DNA of 64,000 nucleotides from Pocillopora damicornis (Eukaryota): NCBI RefSeq assembly GCF_003704095.1, contig NW_020845812.1, positions 1,054,001 to 1,118,000 of the forward strand, read 5' to 3'. Shown piece by piece: positions 23,741 to 36,367 of this stretch (position 1 is its first letter; each line of letters starts with the position of its first letter). The notes under the pieces were generated by a model. It saw only the letters and a program-made list of their open reading frames with translations, ran no database searches and was not told where the DNA came from. The position numbers and the translations under genes were made by a program.

Positions 23741-25039
23741 TCAACCAAGCAGTAATACAGTTATGTGGACCATACAGTCGGGGTGTTACCCAAATAGATC
23801 CTATAGTTTACCAAGGTTATTCTTCTCTGCTCCCTCTTGATTTCTGTGGTGTGCTTCTTTTCATATAAAGTCTGTATCTACGAAGCATTGGAACCGGAAA
23901 ATCAAAGAACAGAGAGACAAAAAGCGCTCAACTTCGAATAGCAACAAGCGGACGAGGGTTTGAAACAGTAGAAATAGCATTTCATGAAGAATAACCTGAA
24001 ATGGCAAAAGACGCTTCATAATATTTATGCTTTTCACGTGGCGTTCCGTTATAAAAGTGATTCATGCGTGTCAATAGTGCTGAAACTTGGTAGAATTGCG
24101 TTAAGGAAATATCTGACAATTTGAGACAAACACAAAAATAAGGAAAATTAGACCATAAGTTTGCAATTATATTTAATTCGAAATATTAGGAACAATGATT
24201 TTGCGGAATGTCTGGTAAGGAGAGATAAAAAAAAACCATTATCATTACTTTTAGTCAACATTTTTGAAGAAACTTTTGAGGTTTTTCTCTTGCAAACTTT
24301 CCTTTGAAGTATAAATATATCACCTATCAAGGCAAGTTTCCAGAGGGTTTTTGATTAGGAAGCTGTTCAAAATCGATGGTCGAGCAAAAGTGAATCCAAG
24401 CTTTTTTTCAAGGAAAGCTAAATTTTTTTTTCAAATTTATTTGTAAACGTTTTGATTTGTGAAGTGTTTGTTATTTCACAATATTTTCCTTACAAACACT
24501 TTGCAGATTTTGACAACGAGCTTGCTCAAATTGTACTTTTCTGTTGAATTAGTATTGACATAGCTTCCTGGGGCGTATTCTAAATAAGAATGACCATTAA
24601 TTGTCATGGCATCTAAATTTCTATCTCAGTGCGCTGCACATCATGTTATGGAAGGAAATGGATCTTGAAACTTAAAGTGCCTGACTTTCACTCTTCCTTC
24701 TGAGGGCAGTAAACTTTCGAGAATATGTACCTTGGTTCCTTAAGATACATCATATGATTTATCTATTGTATTGAAAAAATATTTATTGCTGTTTTCTATA
24801 CAAAACTGGAATTAGTGCCATCACAATGTCTCAAAGACGTTTATTGTGTGGTGTGCATTTTGTGTTTTATTCTATTTGAAATACATTTTAAGTTATACCG
24901 CCCACACGTGTGAATTCTTTTATGCACTTTAGCCGAGTTCCATTTGTCGTACTGACGATTCGATTTTAAAAATTTATTAAGAATTTTTTTCCACTCTTAT
25001 TCTTTCGCATTAGTTTAAAGTTTCACTTTAAAAACCCAA

Positions 25040-25200
25040 GCTTCCAGCTATCACAAAACGTACGTGGAACCAATGAAATAACGCGCGTGGTTATAACCAG
25101 TACTGTCATAGATGGGGTAAGACTGGCCCATCATATCTCTTAAACTAGCACGATGGCCTATCTTTTTATTGCGATTTGGTAGGGATCATTTATGGAAATT
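25040..25200 (-). repeat. Dispersed repeat, inverted homolog of ~16580-16755
   Basis: Same sequence match as described for the 16580-16755 feature. Confidence 0.7.
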
Positions 25201-25478
25201 TTTAAAAAATAGTTTAATACCTTTTTTTTTCTGTGGAATCACCTTAAATATGTTCCTCAAGTACACCAATTCTACCAAACCTTGTTAAACGAACATATTT
25301 CTCTGAAAGCACTCATCTTAAAGCTGCTGAGGCAGTGAAAAGTCTTTAGGGGATTATAGGAACATAGTGCCACAGTAAAATAGAGAGGGAAACATTATTT
25401 TAATTCTTAAAAAACATAGTCACTTGAAAATGATGAAAACGAAGACGAAAACGCAAGACACGAACCATAATAGCAAGT

Positions 25479-26385
25479 TTATTGGTTAGGACACCGCGTA
25501 AGTCTTCGTATCTCAGTTCGAATGTCTCTTTTCATCAGTTGACAGCAGAGTTTGTGCAGATGAAAAGCAAGGAAACTCGGTCTAAGACATGTTTTTTGAC
25601 GAAACACTCCAGATAATACCTGCATATTGACTTATAGATATCAAACTTCCAGCATATCACAAACAGGATAACCACATCCCCAACAACTCGTACAGATCTC
25701 TCCTGAAGTCGTCTTCTTGAACTTGGTATGAGATTGGCATTAGAAGCTTTGTTGAAATTCAGTTGAGCGAGCTATATCGCTGTTTTTCTACTGAGTGCTC
25801 GGGTCGTGAAAGGTATTTTTAGGTACATTTATTATAAAATTGCAGGTGGTAGAAATTCGAAAAGTATCAACATAGCGCGGTACAGGTCTTCTTCACTTGG
25901 TTTTTGTCTTCGTCAGAGATGTGGTTACGCCAGGTGAACGGTAGAAAGGCAAGTGTTGCGGGAAACACCCAGGCACTTATTATTAGAAGGAGACCTCGCT
26001 TTGCGGTCATGAACATGCGGTATTTCAGGGCATGCACGAGCGCTAAGTATCTGTCGAAAGTCATCAAGCAGGTTTTGGCGACATAAATGGCTAATATAGA
26101 GTTAAATTCCGTAAAAAAAATACAACAGTATTTTAAGAAATTCCTTCCTTCTGGCAGATGAATGAACAAGATGGAAGCAGTTGTCCAACACACAAGTCTA
26201 CCGTATATAGGGATAGGACGAACCAGTTGCAAGCGGTGTGAAGATTTCTTAAAGTTAAGATAATAAAAACAGCAAGGCCATTGCCATACATTGTTACGAG
26301 CTAAAATTACACATTGCAAGATCCAAAACCACGTGGGTACTTCACTACTTTTGCCGACTTTGGATCTTTCGGCTGCGTTGCTCAT
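25479..26385 (-). pseudogene. Family A GPCR pseudogene
   Basis: Frame-hopping translation: MSNAA..WFWIL / YGNGLAVFIILTLRNLHTACNWFVLSLYTVD / CLMTFDRYLAL..SAWVFP / FEFLPPAIL** ..*LAQLNFN..FVICWKF..CRYYLEC..NSAVN* / LMKRDIRTEI. Several frameshifts, in-frame stops and a deletion removing PxxY. Confidence 0.9.
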
Positions 26386-29114
26386 TCGATTTTCTATAAA
26401 GTTTAAGGTCATTTCCTTGATGTTGGCTGTCACTTGAAAACCTACCTTTGGAAAAGAGTAAGAAAGTTTCATATATAATCTTACGTGGTGTTTTTCTACC
26501 AATCTCAGTAAATAATAATTTCCAGTACAGAAGAGAGGATGAAGAAGAAAATACAGATTTCACCATTTTTTCGTTAGTAAAATTGATCTTATTACCTCCT
26601 TTTAGCTCGGCTTTCCTCGAGTATAAACGTTACTCTATTGAGTGTAGTATTCGTAGCATCTTTGATTAAAAGATTGATCTTTACAGAGGTTAATAAGATA
26701 GCACATAAAGAAAACATATTGTATTTATGGAAAGTTACTAATTGGAGATTCTGAATTTCTTTTTTTTTTTTACCTTGACGTGAAATAAAGAAACACAGAA
26801 AGGTTTGAGGCAGTCGATCAGTTGAACGGTTAAATGCGACACTTCATAAAGGAGTATGTGCATCTACTTTGAATCTCCTCCGGTAAACTTTTTACTATGA
26901 AATCTGGTCAAGCTATTATTTTTTTTATGGCACGATCCACTATGAAGTTAATCTCCTTCTTATTTGCGGTGTTTGCTTATCAAACAGGAATCGAAGGTAA
27001 AAACCGCAAATAAATGTTGACCCTGGAAAGCGCCCGGTTTTTGATGTGGAAATGTCAAAGTCATATGCAATTCAATCAAAAACATTGTTTTATTGTACCG
27101 TTCACGATGACAGAAGATATTACTTTTCAACGTTGAAAATCAAGCACTCTTCTATGTCTTAAATCCTTATCTATCTTTACTTTTTATAAAGCAGGCCGTC
27201 TTTGAATACAAATCACTCATCTATACAAAATAAATAACTATTAAGGCCTGTATTTTCTTTTCTATTTGATCTTCTCTGTCATATCCTAACCCAAAAACAG
27301 CACAGGTTCTTAACAAAAAACGGCTTTCGAGGCAATCATTTTGATTTCCACGTTGCTTTTTCCACTTTGATGAAGAAACCTTGCTGGTGCTTGAAATCAA
27401 AATTTTATTTACATTCAATACAATGTCAAATTGAAATCTTATGCATTTCCTCCTGTTCGATAGTTGTTTTTTTTTTTTCAATTTCACTCATAATCTTTAT
27501 ATTTCTAAGCAGTTTTCCGACTTTTGCTATGCATCAAAGTCGCACAACATTCGAAAATTCTTTTTTATTTTACATTTTCAATATTGACACTATCAAATTA
27601 TTTTGCTTTACATATCCATCTTCTGTTAAAAATTTTGTTGTATATAAATTAGAATTATAATTTCTAATTCAGTTGTTAATTCAATTCAATACAATTGTTA
27701 GTCCCGAGGAAAAATCGAGATTATTATCAGTAAAAACGTAACCTCCGCTATTGCGAAATTCTTGAAAGAAAAACAATCCGGACAAATATAGAGCGCATTT
27801 ATAGATCTCTACTGTAAATAGAAAAAGGAAGAAATCTCATATCATCATTTGGTTTATTTACCTTACGTGTTTGCTTTTGGTGCGACTGTTTACCGAATGC
27901 AAAAGTAGTCATTGGCAGTATTAATATTTCTCTTTTCTCATTAACTTTTTCAAACGGCTGATAACTTCGTACATCGTACTTCGTAAAAACTAAACTGGAC
28001 AGACGTGTTTTTTTCTTTCGCGGTTTCCTCCGACCGATGTAAAGTTCGATGTTTTATATTTCAATATTTTGATTCAATTTTCTCTTTTTTTTGTTTTGTT
28101 TGCCAGATCAATCATTTTATTTCAGTTCTTAATTTCAAGTAAATTCGAATGCGCATTTCAATTATTTAGCCAAATTCAGTCTAATTCGCGGTATGTTTTT
28201 ACCTGAAAAAAGGCGTTTTTTCTCTAATGATAGAGCAAGAGAGCATTTTTTCTCCACACATTTGTATAGGAGTATGTATCATTCCACATATTTGTATTGC
28301 TTTTCAAAGTCCCTGCCATTTCCTTTTTCTTTTTTTTTTTTTTCTCTTAAGTCATGATGAGCCTCCCCTCAGCTAAGCGGCGTCGAAGATGTTTTATTAC
28401 GCCTTAAATAAAAGGAAAGTAAAGCGATAATTTATCTGACATGATTCTCATTCTTTGTCTTTGAGCTGGAGTTTTCAATTTTAAGCGTTTTCAACTAAAT
28501 TTTACAGTGTTTTTTTTTTTTGCATGTGTTGTTTTGCTTGGTCCTCAGTCAATATTCTTCGAGACCCAAGCTGATCAGTTTAAAATCTTCCTTTAATAAC
28601 GTATGTTTCGTTTGCGAAAAGTATAAAACTCCCAAGGTATAGCCTGTGGCAGGCTAGGAAAACCTTTTTAAGTCAATTATTACGGGTTATAGCCCTGAGC
28701 TACGGGAATACATCTGTTTTTCAAGTATTCTGAGTGCGAAAATTGTAATTTAGTTTTGCTTTTCCTGAACGGAAATTTCAGCGAATTGTGAGTATGTCTC
28801 CTGCTAATTACATGTACACACACAACATCCCCTTTACTCGCCAGCCTGTCAAATTTAACATGCGGTGATTCCCCAGATTACAACTGGTTGGTCTGAGGAG
28901 AAACACAAAAGAATCGACGGAAAAGTGAAGGATCTATCAAATATTCGAAACCGTTAAACCCCTTTCAGGATTTTTCCCCTTATTATGCTAATTCAATCAA
29001 TTATCGAGCATTTACTGCAGCGAAAATTTAAAACCTTGTACAGATAAATGCTTTTTTTATTGATATCATATGCAAAACTCATTTATGTTGTTGAGTTATC
29101 CAAGAGCCATTTCC

Positions 29115-30408
29115 TTAGATCTCCCCTTTATTGCAGTTATCGCTGCCACAACAAGAGTAAACGCAATCCTGTTTGTCTTTACAGAACTCTTTACACACTG
29201 ACTCTTCACTGCACGTTCTTCGGTAATAGTACTCGTTCTTCCCCTTAGCCTTCTCTTTCATGATTACACATTTCCATCCGGGTTCACAGTAACGAGGTTC
29301 CTGATGGTTCGTGCACTGGTCCCACGAGGAAGATTCCAAGCACTCATAGCACGACAAACCTTCCCCTTCGTATAACAAAATAATAAAATGATTCATACAT
29401 CAAAATAATACTTCTCTGTTTTCTCTAGATACTTGTCTAGAACAATGTGACGCTAATGTCTAATTAAAAAGCCCTTATACAGTTGGTGATATGATGATTA
29501 TTTAGCAGTGTAATACTAACGGTATATCAATGGGATGGAAATCAAAGGAGTTAAATCATCCTCAGTTGATATATGTCCAGAAGCTCATTCGATTGAGGGA
29601 GGCAGAGGTTCACTCGATTGAGGAAGGCAAAACCGAGACAGCGCTTTTCACAACAACCAATCAGAACAGACGTGAAAATTAGAAGGAACCAATCCATTAT
29701 GACTCACATCAGAAACAGGACACAGTCAACAATAGTTGGCTGCAAAACCATAAAGGAAGTAGTTGAATCATCACGGCATGACCAGAGAACAACTGGTACA
29801 ACATGATTTATTGCGGTATTCTTGAAAAATTGGATACTTGCAGCAGTTGAAATCATTGATCTCTAAACCATTTTAATTAAGTATTCAGTGGTTTTGCACT
29901 ACTATTTATGTCATTAGTGTTTCAAGTTCCAGATGATGGTGTAAAATGATTTTAGAACCCATTATAACGATGCTTGACTCTAATGTGCAATTATAATCCA
30001 ACGGAACATATCTAACCATGTGAATGTGATCAATTGGTCTGTTCCTTCGTTTCGTATCCAAAAAGGCGAATCCCTGATTGTATAAATTCTACAGAAATTA
30101 TTGTCTCATCAAACGTATGGATTTTACATCAGAAATCTTTTGGTCCAGTATAGAATTAATCAATTATGGCAACCAATGTATCATAGAAATCATGAATTTC
30201 TAAATTTTTTCGTTAAAAGATAACAATTTTTTGCCCAAAAATCGGGGGCAACCATTGAAGCTCCTGTTCTTCAAATAAAGGCCATTTTTCTATTATTTCA
30301 TATTAATATTGCGACCATTCATTGGCCATTTTAAGTCCCTTGTACGAAACACTTACCACGTGGAAGCAAAAGCAACACCAAACAAGTTACGGATAAGGGC
30401 ACCTTCAT
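29115..30408 (-). CDS. Secreted Ly6/uPAR (three-finger fold) protein, 100 aa; exon 1 30357-30408, exon 2 29115-29365
   Basis: Exon 1 MKVPLSVTCLVLLLLPR + G|GTAAGT (phase 1) joins the acceptor ..tacgaag|GG to give signal peptide ..PRGEG, then LSCYEC..C..C..C..C..C..C..C..CCGSDNCN (LU hallmarks LxCxxC and CCxxxxCN); AATAAA at ~29056-29061. Confidence 0.88.
29590..29720. repeat. Short interspersed repeat fragment in the Ly6 intron
   Basis: CGATTGAG..AAAACC..CAACCAATCAGAAC..GAACCAATC pattern typical of an abundant coral short repeat. Confidence 0.35.
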
Positions 30409-31907
30409 GGTCTGAAACTGTCTTCACTATTCTTCGTTTCTCAGTTGAGAGTGAGGGTGTTTTAATTAAGGTGAGTGTACTATTCGTACTGATTAAATTT
30501 TTTATTTTTTTCAATTAGCACTACAAATTTTGAGTCATTTGTTAATTGGCAGGGTTCTTATGAAAATAAATAGCCAGTGCAAACAAAGCGTATCAATATC
30601 AAATCATCTGCTCGTTTCGTGTTGTTTTTTTGGCGTGAAGTAACCCTAGATTTAATTAGTAAATGATCATGCAACAGAGCCCAAGTTTAACCTAGCAGCT
30701 GAATCAACAAGAAAAAGAGATAAACCATGACGTTTGGAACAATATATCAAAATGAAATCACAATTAACTTCTCGAAAGAATGAGAATTTCAGCATTCTGC
30801 CTAAGTCCATTTTCATATCTGTCTTGGGCTATATCGATATTTTGTTACATTTCGATGAACTACAAAACTTTTTGTCGTGACTCAATGCAGATTAAATATA
30901 TTTAAAATACTGCACACCGAAGGTTGAACAAACAGGCCCATTGAATATGTCAGGGAAGAGGAATTATACCACTTATTTACGTGTTAGAATAAGATAAGTA
31001 TTTGCCTTAACTTTTTCCTTTTTGAGGAATGAAAAATGAATTCAAATGGTATTGCTCTTAGCAAAATTTTCTTATAAATTTCTCTTTTTTATTTCCGACT
31101 ATCTAAAGTGTATCAAGTGTTAAGAAAGAATCATCTAAATAAGAGGAGTGTTGAATCATGCGCATGATCTTACAAATCATAATTGTCTCGACTTATTGAA
31201 TACTGAATTATATATTGCTGAACATTTGCGCAAAGAAACTTCAATGCATCATCCTTATGGGAGGGCAGTATCGTTGACGTAGCATAATCGTTGTTAATCG
31301 ATCAGTGTGCTTTCAGCTCCTTAAGTTCATCGGCATACGAAACAGTTCCGGAAGATGGAAGGTTAGAAATGGAAGAAAACCAGCCCTGAGATTCCCTGCA
31401 AATTGATTGCTTGAACATTTTTCATGCATCCTAGAAAAATTCAGTGTGATTGACGAGTCTGATGTATCGTCAAAGGTGCACAAGCCTAACCTTTCTGGTT
31501 CGAAATATCAAGACTAATGGGTCCTACTGTATGTGCGCTTGTAACAGGACAGTGCCTTCACACAAGGAATCACCCCACGTGCGCAGAAAGTTAATTTAAC
31601 AGCCCCTAGCTTGATGTTTTCTCTCTCTTCCAAGATTGAGAGGGGCAATGCTGGCGGCTTGAAGGAAGTATCGAAATAAATAGAGGCATTAAGAATCAAA
31701 ATACATGCACATAGATGGTTAAAGAGAGTTAATCAAAGAGTATAACTCGGCCGCACCTTTGACAATATCATAACCTCATTTTCTGAGTACAATAGTTCAT
31801 AAGCACTCAGAAAGCCATAAAATTATACGAAAAATGATTCTCAGTATAAAAACACGAGCCAATAAAGTTTCCTTTCGGACCAAAGTCTTTTTTTGTAGAT
31901 TCTTAGT

Positions 31908-32909
31908 TCATCGCACCACTCTTATCGAGTTACGATTCGACTCACTGCTGGCTCTAGACGATCGCTCTACTAGCAAGATGTTTTCCTTCGATCTTCTTGC
32001 TGGCCTTTTGCACGCGTAGTACAGTTCTTTCCGGATATCCTTTTTCAGAAAAGCATAAACAACGAAGTTTATTCCCGAATTCAACAAAATAAGAAGCCGC
32101 GAGGACTTGACCAGGGCTTCAGATACATTACACAAATGAAAAGTTCCACATACTGCACGACACACAGAGGGGATCCAACAAAGTACAAAAAAGGCTATGA
32201 CAGCACCGAGCACTTTGACTGTCGAGGAACGTTCGCGCCGTCTACGCGATTGATTTCGCCGACTTTCGGCTGCATTCCCTTCATTAAATCTCAACTGAGT
32301 GATGTGCTCGGCCGATAGTCGTCGCTGTTTCATAGCTGCAAAAAGTATCCGAGTGTACGAATAAACCAGAAAGATAGACGGAAGAAAAGAGACAAGAAAT
32401 ATTAGTGTTAAGATATGAACTTTATCAGCTTCTTCTTGAATGTGATTTGGAGCTTCAAGCCAGAGAAGAGAGCCAAAGTTTAAAATTCCTGGAAACATCC
32501 ATGACGTGGAAATAAGACCTACGATTAGTTTCGAGGTCATGCATCTGGTATATTGTAAGGGCCTAAGCACGTAGAAATAACGGTCAAATGTCAGCACGCA
32601 GAGGCAGTATATCGATACGTTGATTGGATAGTTATAGAACGACGCGCGCACTTTAAGTGGCCAGATACACATTTGTGCTTTCCAAAGACAAAAAAGCTCT
32701 GATGGTGTAACAATCAAGCCGGTACAAAAGTCCGCTGAAGCTAATGATAGAACAAACCAGTTTGCTGTACAGTGCAAACGCCTTCTCGTACAGATCAACC
32801 ACATAACCACTCCATTGCCAAGAACAGCTACCAATGCTATGACGGACTTTAAGGGCCAATAGACCACATCGGGCAGAGATACTTCGCTTAGCAAATAACT
32901 AGTACTCAT
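31908..32909 (-). CDS. Orphan class A GPCR (family A, copy 6), 333 aa from first ATG
   Basis: ATG at 32909 (track starts at GTG 32918); splice acceptor ttatttcag at 32934 keeps the frame open; GN, NWFVLSLASAD, DRY, CWIP, NFVVY, KKDIRKEL. Confidence 0.93.
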   Translation of the reverse strand: MSTSYLLSEVSLPDVVYWPLKSVIALVAVLGNGVVMWLICTRRRLHCTANWFVLSLASADFCTGLIVTPSELFCLWKAQMCIWPLKVRASFYNYPINVSIYCLCVLTFDRYFYVLRPLQYTRCMTSKLIVGLISTSWMFPGILNFGSLLWLEAPNHIQEEADKVHILTLIFLVSFLPSIFLVYSYTRILFAAMKQRRLSAEHITQLRFNEGNAAESRRNQSRRRRERSSTVKVLGAVIAFFVLCWIPSVCRAVCGTFHLCNVSEALVKSSRLLILLNSGINFVVYAFLKKDIRKELYYACKRPARRSKENILLVERSSRASSESNRNSIRVVR

Positions 32910-34150
32910 TTCGTCCACTCCAGGTTGAGATAACTGAAATAATAAATAATAACAATAATAATAATAAATAATAGAAAAAGGTCACCTACTCTTTTCGTTA
33001 AATCTAATAGCATTGCCCTTTCTACAAAAAGGATTTCGTTCCATAAAGAACTAGTGAATAAGCAGGGTACATGGACTTCTTTTCAAAAAATCTTTTTGTG
33101 GGTGCGCCAATAAACTGAGTAATGATTTCAAAAAAATATTTTGGCACTGCGCATTGAAATTTATATGAATATTCAACTCGTCATCGGAGAATCATTGTTT
33201 AACTTAATTTTATGCGATAAGCTCAATTCCTATTACAAAAAGTTTGTAATAGGAATAGAGCCCATAACATACACCTCATTTTTGACAGCTTCATTTGGTC
33301 AAAGAAGTTCGAAAGGCTAGGCTTAGGACTGCTCTCAAATTATCGTCTCTTAGATAGCCTGGAAAATCCAAGGATACCAATCGTCATTTTCTAACGGGTT
33401 GCAACTATTTTTAAAGCTTGGATTGCGGTTTTCCTATCACCTACAAATACGTGATTTCATTTCAATTTAGTTTAACCGAAGAAATTAGATTTGAATTCAG
33501 TTAAAAGCGGCGTTTTTTCAGTATATTCGTTACAGCCGCGATCGCGGTTCAATACAGAGCCCGTATACTTTTGTCGATTATCATATGTGACCATTTGTAA
33601 TGTCCTCGGCTGACACTAAGTAAATTGGTGTAACATTCTCATGGTTGTTGAGATATGGTAACTTTCAGTTTTTTAAGGTAGCAATACATGAGATGAATAT
33701 TCAAAAAGAACTGCTCATGGAAACATTGAAATCACTGATAATGTAAATAGGTTAAAAATTAATCTTACTTCATGTGACGAGGAAGTGAAATATGAAAATT
33801 ATGACCACCAAGTTGCTTACCTTAATTCAGGAATTAAATGAATTTGGTGGTAGGTTTTTATATATCTAAAATATATTCAGGATCTTTCCAAAATCTCTGA
33901 GCGCCAGAGTAATTGTATTGAGTAAATATTCAAGACTGAAGCAGTGTCACATGCATGCACCCAGTTTGACAGCTTGCCATGCTGTGTTTACTCTGATGTG
34001 TGCTTCATTTGAAAGATAATGAACTTTACTTAGGCTTGCATTCCAACTTTAAAACTGCGCTCTCGAATGAGTACTCAATCGATTTCCTTAAATACATTTG
34101 GGGAAGTTTAATCAAGCTGAATTTTGTAAAACGAATAAAATTAAATTGGG

Positions 34151-34250
34151 NNNNNNNNNNNNNNNNNNNNNNNNNNNNNNNNNNNNNNNNNNNNNNNNNN
34201 NNNNNNNNNNNNNNNNNNNNNNNNNNNNNNNNNNNNNNNNNNNNNNNNNN
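34151..34250. other. Assembly gap (100 N)
   Basis: Run of N. Confidence 1.
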
Positions 34251-36367
34251 AGGTAGTAGTAATCTAACTGCACGCCGGCCATGTACTAAATTCAACACGT
34301 CTTGGCGGCATTTGGGGCGTGCTGATGAACTATCCGCCATGTTGAAAGTGCCTTCCAGAGAGTCTCCCTTGATTTCGTAGTAATTTATGGTGGCTGTGAG
34401 CCAGCGATACTGAGTTTTATGAGAACCCTTACGTTTGTTCGACGCTATTGGAGAAAACACCAGAAAAGATTCGGTGATTCCGTTAGATTACAGCAATCGA
34501 GAGTCATATCTGAGGACAATAACTATAGAAGTAGTAGTAGTGGTAGTAATAGTAGTAGTTTGTTACAAGAGCTATTAATTATCCCAGTACTCCTGCAAAA
34601 TAGTTTATTGTAAATACTGTGGTTCACATAAAAAATGAAAATGTAGAATAATTAATTATTTACCATTAAATAGAAAAAGAGTTGACCCGTCAGCAGCTGG
34701 AGAGTAGATTGATGATTTTTTTTTCCTTAGCTTAGTGAAAAAGGCCACTGAAAAATTATTACGATATTATTACGAACTACGGCAAATTGTAATTATGGTG
34801 GTTTTTACGTTTATTATAGAGCATCTTGGTTTAAGAAATGCAGAACTGACTCAAAGAAGTAATCATACTACAATAGAAGTACTGGTTACGCAAATACGTT
34901 TCCAGAGAAAATTCCTTTTTGATCATTTTTTATTTTCGAGGTAGGTTTTAAAGCCGTTACCACTCAGTTGCTAACATGCTTTTAGTTCATTTGTATAGCT
35001 TTGGATTATTTTAAACATTCCGAAATCTTCTAAATAAAACTTCTAAATTTCTTTCTCATTTATGTCCCTTAAATAATGAGAAGATTAGTACTTGTTCTGG
35101 ATGTAGTGTAGTCAGGAGAGAAGCGTATGAGTTTACCAAACTTTGGAGGTAAATGGGAAAATTTCTTTTCGGCAAGTGGTCTCGTGGTTTCCTATTCACA
35201 TTCGGAAGAATCAAAGAAACAGAGAAACAGCAGGGGACCTCAAATTCTCCCATTACGGCAGGGAAATATCTAAAAAGATCAAATCTCATTGGAGTTTCAC
35301 AATTGAACTAGGAGTTATGAACGGAAAAAGCGCCATGGAATCTGATCAAAATCCTTCTTCTTAATTATTTTTAGTACTTCAAAGAATATAATTTATTTCT
35401 TGATTAACAAGATTGAAGAACGAGGTTGAGTTTAGCGGATCGATGTTAATTGAGAGTAACTTGCTTCGATAGCACAATCCTTTTCAAAACGTTTATTCAA
35501 CCTTATAGAAGCGTCTTCTTCGTAAAGTTACCTTTACTTCATTTATCACTTCAGAACACTTTTATTTGTTTTAAACTAAAGCGCAAATGTCAAAGGATTA
35601 TGAAGCCCTTTAAAGATTTTGCAAGGAAAGATATAGCTACGCGAGTCTTTCACAATTATAACCAGCCTGAAAGAGCAAGTTAGTAACGTGCGTCATAATT
35701 TCTCCAGGATGAGTTGTCCATCACATTCTTGTAAAAGCCAAGCCCACAATTTCAGGAGGGTTCCCTGTTTATTTTACATAATCACCATCATGAGAAAGTT
35801 ACTGACTGATAAATATTTACAAAATAGTATTTTAACGATAAAATGGTCTCATAGCTAAAAATAATGCAAATAATTTTCATGTTGTCAATAGACTTACAAA
35901 TTTAATCTCGGTGCAGTTTTATCGATACCTGCTCATTTTCAAAAGTGTTCGTGGTGCTACACAATCAACCATGTATTATGATAACTGAAAGTGCATCTCC
36001 GATCTCCAATAAATTCACCCCGGTGACACAAGTTAAACTGAACAAAATAAGCCTGAGGATAAATGGTGAATATTGCGATTGAATAATCTGATTTGATAGC
36101 CACTGGCTATTAAAGAAAACTGCCTAAATGGTCACTAAGTGTCGGGCATGATAAAGAATTGGCCACAGAAAAACTATTAAATGCCACAATTTGCATGAAT
36201 TAACTCGAAGGTCAGTATATTGGAAAAGACGGGCTTGAAAAGCAGCACCTGACAAAATTTGTTCCACTGGTTTATTGTTCTTGTCTTAGTATACAACGGT
36301 TAAGTGGCTCGTCTTGGAAAGAAGGAATTGTGGACGCACATCTATTGGTTGTTAAATTTTTTTCAGC

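Noticed and set aside
26942-26996. Signal-peptide-like mini-exon MKLISFLFAVFAYQTGIE-G|gtaa on the plus strand
   Set aside because: No in-phase downstream exon found; wrong strand for the Ly6 gene, whose true leader is at 30357-30408
29366-29396. ORF-track start MNHFIILLYE for the Ly6 protein
   Set aside because: Intron sequence upstream of the acceptor; too short and polar for a signal peptide
34000-34460. ORFs spanning the N-run
   Set aside because: Artefacts of translating through the gap
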